A stretch of DNA of 64,000 nt. It comes from the human T2T-CHM13v2.0 reference genome, Homo sapiens. The notes beneath the pieces were generated by a model. That model worked only from the letters and a program-made list of their open reading frames with translations. It had not been told where the DNA came from and searched no databases. Location of the stretch: the NCBI RefSeq assembly GCF_009914755.1, contig NC_060928.1; one strand, given 5' to 3'. The position numbers were made by a program, and so were the translations under genes. This document shows, one piece after another, positions 54,362 through 64,000 of this stretch (positions are counted from its first letter, which is position 1; each line of letters opens with the position of its first letter).

Positions 54362-55140
54362 ATTATTTTTTTTACTTTTATTTCAAGTTCTGGGTACAAG
54401 TGCAGGTTTGTTACTTACGCAAACTTGTGTCATTGGGGGTTGTTGTACAGATTATTTCATCAGCCAGGTAATAAGCCTAGTACCCGTTAGTTATTTTTCC
54501 TGATCCTCTCCCTTTTCTCACCCCTAACCCTCTGAAAGGCCCCAATATGTTTTGTTCCCCTCTACGTGTCCATGTGTTCTCATCATTTAGCTCCCACTTA
54601 AAAGTGAGAAACTAAATGCAGTATTTAGTTTTCTGTTCCTGTGTTAGTTTTCTATGGATAATGGCCTCCAGCTCTATCCATGTCCCTGCAAAGGACATGA
54701 TCTCATTCTTTTTTATGGCTACATAGTATTCTATGGTGTGTATATACCACATTTTATTTATCCATTCTATCACTGATGGGCATTTGGGTTGATTTCATGT
54801 CTTTGCTGTCACAAGTAGCACTGGAATGAACAGATGCATGCAAGTGTCTTTATAACAATGATTTATATTCCTTTGGGCCTATGCTCAATAATGAGATTGC
54901 TGGGTTGAATGGTATTTCTGTCTTGAGGAATCACCACACTGTCTTCCACAATGGTTGAACTAATTTACATGCCCACTAACATGTTCCTTATTTCTTCACA
55001 ACCTCAACAGTATCTGTTATTTTTAAACTTTTTAATAGCCATTCTGACTGGTGTTAGATGGTATCTCATTGTGGTTTTGATTTGCGTTTCTCTAGTGATC
55101 AGTGATGTTGAGCTTTTTTTCAATATGATTGTTGGCAATG
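54362..55140 (-). mobile_element. L1PA (older, L1PA13-16-like) 3' end
   Basis: GTGCAGGTTTGTTAC..TAGCTCCCACTTA..CCACACTGTCTTCCACAATGGTTGAACTAATTTAC. Confidence 0.85.
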
Positions 55141-57265
55141 TAAAATTTTTAAAGGAAAAAAATGACATGTGTGAACACTGTCCTGAACTGCCATTCTATA
55201 TGAAGAAAAATCTATGGAGTTCTCCATCATTGCTAGTAACAGATTAATGCACTTACCGAAGATCTGCTTTATCCAACGAAAGGTCTTTTCTGGTTTGGTG
55301 TCTCTTCTCATATACTTCCCTGATCCTCTCAGGATCATGATACACTTCTGGATGGTTTTTTTTTTCATGCTCCTTGGAGCTGACAAAAGCCTCCTTGTAG
55401 GCTCAGGTTCTCTCTGCCTGCATACATCATGCCATTGTTCCTGATGCTGCTTCAGGGTATTGGTGCTGCCACTGGTTGTCTTCTTAAGACTCACTACCAA
55501 CTGGGTTTTATTGGCTGAAGCTCCTCTGCTCTTGGATTTCTCCAAACTCAGCATACTTCCTATCTACCTTCCCTTCATTGCTTGCACACCTCCTTAGAAA
55601 TGCATACTTTTCACAAGAAAACCATCAGTAATCCAGATTACATTTTGGTTCCTCAACTGTTTAGTCCCTGGTCTTTTGTTTGCAGACACACTTTGTGACC
55701 CAATTCCTTTGAAGCTTGGCTTTGCATACATAAAATCCAACTTTTTTTTTTAATATAAAGAGAGAGAAAAGGGAAACTAAAAAAAAACCTAGGTGCCTAT
55801 AAGTTAACTGCTAAAACAGTTTTGGTACTCCAAAACCAGTTAACTCATTGTTCTATTTGATATAATCCCTTCTCTCAAACAACACATACAGCTAATTGCA
55901 CTGGGGCAGAGTTAAAGGGAAAAAGGATAATGAACTCCAGGTTTTTACTCAGGCCTGGGTAACCCAAAGATAACTATAGATGGGGAGGAGAAGAGAAGTT
56001 GAGAAAAAGTATAGCTTGGAGGATTTGATTCGTGTGACTCCAACTTGAGCATGGAGAGGGATGGACTGGCTTTCAACAGTTGGGTACCACGATTTTCTCT
56101 TCCATGCAATGAGGACGTTAAGTGGGAAGGAGAGCTGATGGTGCTATGGGGGATCGGCAGGAAGGAAGGAGGTTCAACATGCACTGACACCTGCCAGGTC
56201 TATGCACATTGGTTACATTATCTTATTGATCCGCACATTGACAGAAGGCAGGAAGAATGTTGATTTCCAATTTTATAATAAGAAAAAAATAGGACCTGGG
56301 GTTAGAATCTTAAAACCTTAAACATCATATCTTTTATTAATATCATACAATTTCAACTCAAGATTATTTAGGAATAAACCAAGAAGAAAGGTGGTGCTCC
56401 TGATTCTTCAAACTCGGTTGATTCCTTCACTCTGTCTGCATCTCTGTTTACCCAAGGGATAAACAAAAAGATAGGAAAGGGGAGAAGAAAAGGCTTGCAA
56501 CGTTTTTGTAGGGCCTTGGATCATTTGGTGTTGACTGGAGAAACTGCTGCCCACTGAGGGTGACTATGGAATTAGAGACCAAAGCCTGAGCTCTTCTACT
56601 AATGCAAATATCTTCCTACTTAGTAATTTTTATGTTCGATTTGTGCTTATTAAAAATCTTTTTATAGCACCCCTGAAAAATAAGTGAAGTCATGTGGCTA
56701 TGTTAATACTGGGGGAGAAAGGAGGGGGGGAAGTGAAGTAGTGAGGATCAATTAAAAATCAAAGGTCACCAGATACTTAGTAGGAAGACCTCAACCTGTC
56801 TGTTCATACCTGTGCCCAAAGACTGTATTCTGATATCAGTCCTGTAAATTTCTAAGTGACTGTATACTGGTCCAGTCACCCTTGAGCAAATTATTCAATT
56901 AGAATTTTTTGTCAGTATGTAGTATCTAATACAGAGTATCTAACAATAGGATTGTGGTGAGATTAAGTAAGAAAGCTTATATAAAGTGCTAAAACAGGGC
57001 ATGGTTTGATAAAGGATAATAAGGAAGTTAGGAACATGGATCCTGCAACCAGATTTTCTGGATTCAAATACTAGACATACTGATTACCAGCTGGAAAGAC
57101 ATTTCACTTCCCATAGAAATTTCTGAGGATTAAATAAGTTAATCTATGTAAAATGCTTAGCGAAGTGGCTAATAGAAAGTGTCCAATAAATGTTAGCTAC
57201 TAGTATACTGTGAGCATTGTAATCTACTCTCAAGATACTTTCAGATTTTTTTTAGCATCTATAAT

Positions 57266-57693
57266 TTATTGTAGTCTGTTCTTGCATTGCTATAAAGAAA
57301 TTACGTGAGACTGGGTAATTTGTAAGAGAAAAGGTTTAATTGGCTCACCATTCTGCATGCTTTTCAGGAAGCATGGCTCCCTCATCTGCTTGGTTTCAGG
57401 AGAGGCCTCAGGAAACTTGTAATCATGGTGGGAGATGAAGGGGGAGCAGGCACATCACATGGTGAAAGCAGGATCAAGAGAGAGGGAGGAGGTGCCACAC
57501 ACTTTTATTAAACAACCAGATCTCAGGAGAACTCACTCACTATCCCGAGGACAGTACCAAAAAGATGGGACTAAACCATTCATGAGAAATCTGCCCCCAT
57601 GACCCAATCATCTCCCATCAGGCCCCACCTCCAACACTGTGGGGATTACATTTCACCGTGAGATTTGGGTGGGGCAGTATCCCAACTACATCA
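57266..57693 (-). mobile_element. MSTA-like MaLR LTR
   Basis: GCATTGCTATAAAGAAA..GAGACTGGGTAATTT..CCATTCATGAGAAATCTGCCCCCATGA..GAGATTTGGGTGGGG. Confidence 0.85.
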
Positions 57694-57765
57694 TCTCTAT
57701 TATATCATCTGCATTACATTCATCAGGTTCATTACCAAAGGTCATGTAACCTACCCTGTACAGTG

Positions 57766-58164
57766 TGTTAAAGGAAAATCCTTGGCGAAATTAAATTTAA
57801 CAGAGTTTAACTGAGCAAAGAACAATTTGCTAATTCGGCAGCCTCCTTAACCAGAGTAGGCTCAGAGAGACTCCAGTACAGCCATATGGTGGAAGGAGAT
57901 TCAGGGACAGGAAAAAGAAAGTGAGATAGAGAAAATGGAAGTGAGGTACAGAAACAGCTGGGTTGGTTACAGCTCAGCCGTTGCCATATTTGAATGCAGT
58001 TGGAACAGTTGGCCCCCTTTGCCCAAACTCGGTGATTGGTGCAAGTGTGGGCTATAGTAGGCTTATACCTTTATTTAGGTTATAGTTTACTATGTACAGA
58101 GAAATTTTTAGGCTAAACTTAAAATATTGTAAGGAGACAGCTTTAGGCTAAACTTGATTTAACA
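57766..58164 (-). mobile_element. MER57-like ERV1 solo LTR (399 bp)
   Basis: TG...CA termini (TGTTAAAGG / TTGATTTAACA); perfect 4-bp TSD AGTG (57762-57765 / 58165-58168). Confidence 0.8.
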
Positions 58165-61100
58165 AGTGAAAATACAGAATTAGGAAATAACAATGTAATT
58201 AGAAGAATTCTTAGCATCTTCGTATGTTCAGTTCTCTTTATTTAGTTCATTACCTGCAATTAAAAACATTTTAATCACAAGTCTCTCAGTCTCAAACCTG
58301 TTGTTTTGCATTTGGTAAATGTCTGTTATTTCTAATAGATACTTGCATCATTTTATCATTTTTCGTATCTAATTTACTAATATTCTTCATGAAATTAGTT
58401 GGTTTCTTGAAGTGCTCCCCAGAGTTTTATTAGTTGACAGTTTCTTTGTTGATGATAGTAGCTTTGTTATCCTTGGAGAAAGTTTTCTACAATATTAATG
58501 GGAGTCTGAACTGATCTTCTAACCTTCCTAGATGCCTAGAAACAAGCTTTTTGTAGAAGGATAGCGATTATAGAACCTTTCTCAATTTTGCCAGTCAGAC
58601 ACCTTGAAGAAATCAATTAGTAGGCAAATTATTAACTAATTGAGCATTTAGAGTGTTCTTACTTTTGAAAAATCAATTAGGCCTTTGCCCTTAGTTTTGA
58701 AGCATTATTTCATTATTAATTGTTTTAAACAGCGGTTCATCTGCAGTGGATCCAGATCAGCTGACAGTTGTTTTTTGTTTATATTCTGTTCTTAATTGAT
58801 TAATACAATGAGCTGAAAACCTTTAACATCATTGATCATGTCATGGAATGCTGAGTAATTGGCTGGCAAATGTGATTTTTAAAAATTAACGATTCAATGG
58901 TTCAAAGGAATTCAGTAGCAGATTGCAGTCAGCAAAAAAAGAGGATTTTCGGTATTTCTTCAACATGTATGATCTGAATGATAGTTCCACCTCATTCTTG
59001 GAGCCAATATTTTTTTTATCTTCATTAGTGATAATTTCTTGTACTATATTAAGCACAGTAGGTCACATTTATTTTAATGACACTTTTATTTCCACTGTGT
59101 AAACACGGCTTTTAAAGAAAATTTGAAAAGATTGCCGTTTGTTGTCAAACTGTTATCAGAACTACAAAAAGAAGATTAAATTTGTAGGATACAGTTTCAT
59201 ACTTTATAAGGTCTTCAAATGGAAGCAATGGTGGGAACTGGGTGGAACCAGGAGTTAGAGGTCTTAGCTCAGGAGTTTGCTCTTCTAAGAAACTTTTCCT
59301 GAACCTTGTCTCTGTAAGCTCTGAGTCCCTTTCTAGGCTCCCATGGCTCTTTAGATGTAGCTCTGTCCCTACAGTTGTCATAGTATTATTGGGTTTATTT
59401 GCATGGCTTCCTTGTTAGTGAGACTAAACTTTCAGAGGTCATGGACTTACTTACCTAAGCACTTTTATATGTTTAGTATGGCACCTTTTTTTGGAACAGA
59501 GTTGATGCTGAATAAATATTGGTTGACCAAATGCAAGGAAGTGTGTACACACACACACACAGGACATTTCATTTAGTCAGGAAAACATATTTTGGTTATA
59601 CATATGAAAAATCCACTATTATTATGATTATGTATGTATGTATCTATCTATCTATCTAATTTACCTATCTTTCCTTAACATTTAAAATCAAAGTCCCTGA
59701 GTTTCCAAGATATATCTCACAAACATGTAAAATTTTTTCCTTTGGCAAAACCTCAGAGTTCAGCCAAGGTCTTAGGTCAACTGCTGAAAAGCATTTTAAT
59801 CCGTGTTATCCCTGTGTCTTCAAACACTTCTTGAGCTAGAATTTTAAATCAGTGTTCTCCAAAATACATTTGATAGAAAAAAGTAACTCAAGGTATTACT
59901 AACAAAAGGATCAAATAAATTTGAAAAAACATGTTACATTTATCCCTTTGGAAAATGCACAATGTGCATTACAATATTACAGTTTCTCGGAAGTCCAGTC
60001 ACAACTTTGCACATCCCAAATTTTTTTTACACTGAAATTCTTTTTTGTGAATCATTCACTAATATCTCTGGGAACTAATGGTCTATAGAATCTATTTTGA
60101 AAAATGCTGCTCTAACAACAAATAGGTCAGAGATTGTGATTTTTGTTGTGCTTCAGGTATGGAAAAAATGTGATGAGGAAAATCAAGGTCTTACAGACTG
60201 CTCACAGGCGTTCTAGCCTATTAGTATGGCAATTTTAACTGTTTCATTTTCCATGTATTTGTTGCTTTCTTTTTTAGTAATAGTTGTTTATTGCAGAAAA
60301 CTTGAAAAACAGATAAAAAGAAAAAGGTAAAAGTCTTTCTGGCTGTTTTCTTTAAAAGGCTGCATCCTCAAATAGATTTGGGAAGTGTGGGGTTAAACAA
60401 AGTTAGACTTTTATGCCTTTTCAGGACTTTAATATGATTACTAATGGACAACTTGTTTCTCCACTGGGGCTATGGTATATGGTTTTTCCCAATTTTGTGA
60501 ACACAGGCTGCTCTTATTTCTAAGCATTTTGGGGAACAAGGCTTGTGGGAACTCTCTGTGTATAATGAAGAGACATTTGGAAGACCTCCATTGATTGCTA
60601 CCCAGTATTACTCACTGGGAGATCAAGGTCTCCCAAGGTTACACAGTCTGAGACACTGGAAACCCATTTCAAGACCCGACAACTTGTCACATTTATTTTT
60701 ACCCAAGGACTGAGCTGTGGCTCAGGACGCAAGGACCCAGATGGAGAGAGCTAAAAATAATAAAATTAAAATTAATATGCATTTGGGAAACAATTGCTCA
60801 GGCAAACCAACATGCGCAGATAATGGATTCTGTCCGAAGCTTCATTTTCCAAACTGAAGAACAATAATATGCGTATTAACCCAGGTGAATGTCTAAACAG
60901 ATTCTTGGCAGCCTATGATTAGATAAAGGAGCTCATGCATCCTGAATGCAATTTACGTAGTTAAAATTAAGCACCATCACGAAGGGACAAAGATGAGATG
61001 CAGTAAAGTTCAACCGATTGTTACTTTCAAATTTTCTTTCTCACGTTCTTAATTCCCAGTAACTTTGTAATTTAAACATAATTTTATTTTCTTTCCAAAA

Positions 61101-61687
61101 TGGTTGTCTGAGTTTTACCTTAATCGTTGGGTGTTCGGGAGGCTGTGGTGCAAGATGTTTATTTCTTAGAAAAAAAATTATTAAGAATCTATAAAGAAAC
61201 TTAAATTATGTAACCTTTTTATGTTGTCAGTAATTCATGGTTAAGGAAAAATCGTGGTTTAATACTTCTGTCGTTTGTAGATGTAGCAGCTGCTGATAAA
61301 ATAAAATAGGAGGAGATTCCTTAAAAACAATTTGCAAATGATAAAGATTTCATATTTAGAGGAGCTTGATTTCAAAGCACATTTAGTGTATAAAAGTCTG
61401 TTTCATCATGGGAAGAAAAGGGTACTTTTTATAAGTACAAATTTAAAAGCAAGTGAATAGTAAAATTTAAAGGAATCATGGAAAAATACTTATAAATATT
61501 TTATTTAGAACACTGTTGTGTATTATAAGCTTGGAAGTAAGTTATGTTTTATAAAATTAATATTTTTAATTGACAGATCATAAAGGTATACGTTATAGAG
61601 TAAAATGTGGTGTTCTGGTATACATATATGGTGTGGAATAATTAAATCAAGCTAATTAAAATATCCATCATCTTACTTGCTTATTTT

Positions 61688-62073
<386 letters not shown>

Positions 62074-62849
62074 TGACTATAGTCACCCTGCATGCAATAG
62101 ATCTCAAAACATTCCTGCTATCTGAAACTTTGTACCCTTTGACAAATAACTTCCCATTTCCTTGCTCCTCACTGCCCCTCCCCAGACCCTGGTAACCATC
62201 CTTCTACTCTGTGCTTCTATGAGATCAGCATTTTTAGATTCCACATATGAGTGAAGTCATGTGGTATTTGTCTTTCTGTGTCTGTCTTATTTCACTTAGA
62301 ATAATGTCTTTCAGGCTTAACTACATTGTTTCAAATAACAGAATTTTCTTCTTGTTAAAGGCTCGATTGTATTCCATCATGTATGTATACCACATTTTCT
62401 CTAAACATTCATCCATTGATGGACGCTTACGTTGATTCTATAGTTTGTCTATTGTGAATAATGCTTCAGTGAACATGGAAATACAGATATCTCTTTAACA
62501 TACTGATTTCAGTTCCTTTGGCTATATACCCAGAAGTGGTAATGTTAGATCATATGGTAGTTCTGTTTTTATTTATTTGAAGAACCTCCATGCCATTTTC
62601 CGTAACGGCTGTACTAATTTACATTTCCATCAACAATGCACAAATTCTCCTTTCTCTGCATCTTTGCTAACACTTCTTATCTGGTATCTTTTTGATAAAA
62701 GCTGTTCTAACAGGCATGAGGTGATATCTCACTGTATTTTTGATGTGCATTTCCCTAATGACCAGTGATACTGTTGATCATTTGTATGTCTTCCTTTGCG
62801 AAATGTTTGCGTAGGTGTTTTTTTTAAATTTTTAAATCTTTACATTTTA

Positions 62850-63168
<319 letters not shown>

Positions 63169-64000
63169 TTCTTGCCCATTTTTGAATTTTTTTTTTAAAT
63201 TTTCTTGCTATTTAGTTGTTTGAGTTTCTTATATATTTTGGATATTAACCCCTTATCAGATGTATGGTTTGCAAATATTTTCTCCCATTCTGTGGGTTAT
63301 CTCTTCTCTATGTTAATTGTTAAAGTAAAAATTTGAAAGAGAAAAGATATCAATAGATAGAAATGGTTAAAAATAATTTTTAAAAATCTGGTTTTGAAAT
63401 AGATATAACCATTTGCTGAGCACACGCTGTATATAGGCATTAACTGAATATTTTATGTGAATTATTTCATTGAGGCCTGTCATCTACCCAGAAAAAAGTA
63501 TACTTTGTTCATTTCATTTTAAACCTGAAACAAAGTAAAGAATGCCTAGCACAGTAAAGAGAATTAGTATAGAACACAGCTAGCGACTGGTTCTCATCAA
63601 TTTTGCGATAAAATGATCATAGTATCACCAAATCACGTTGTTTTTTTCTTTTTGTCATCAAAGAATGAATCAGAATGCCACATTTGATTCTCTTCATAGG
63701 TGGATTTTTCTTCATTTAAGAGCATTAATTTTTGATTTCTTATAAAAGATATATTTCATCACATAATTCTTTACATCATCAATAAAAATCTGGATAAAAT
63801 AAGCCTTTTTATTATGTAGAATTATAATAATTATTATCATAATAATTCTTCCCATCTTTTACTTAATGTAGCCTAGGTAAATGACAGTGAAAAAGCATTT
63901 TGTGTATAAAAGCGCTATCAAGAACGCTACCTTCCAGGAACGTAAATTGATACATGGAAGAAGAAAGGAGCCAGGTGTGATAGCTTCCAGCTGCGATGGT

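Overview
Repeat-rich primate (catarrhine-like) genomic DNA that looks intergenic or deep-intronic; no spliced protein-coding gene can be supported. From left to right: a SATR1/SATR2-type satellite array arranged as an inverted repeat around an AT-rich core (1-3590); an RPS27 retrocopy with an intact ORF, poly(A) and TSD (7947-8303); a HERV-K LTR5 solo LTR (11550-12523); and a two-LTR Harlequin/HERV-E-like mosaic provirus (13032-19254) with a tRNA-Glu PBS and many apparent G-to-A (APOBEC3-type) changes. Further right are MLT2A, LTR12 (CpG-rich, inside a MER53), MSTA, MLT1 and MER57 solo LTRs, MER30 and Tigger4 DNA elements, and many Alu/L1/L2/MIR copies. Subfamily names come from recalled consensus sequences and need RepeatMasker/Dfam confirmation. 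I found no convincing new biological system. The best leads are the hypermutated mosaic provirus, the palindromic satellite architecture, a chimeric Alu, a perfect fold-back inside a decayed L1, and a CpG-retaining LTR12 promoter candidate.
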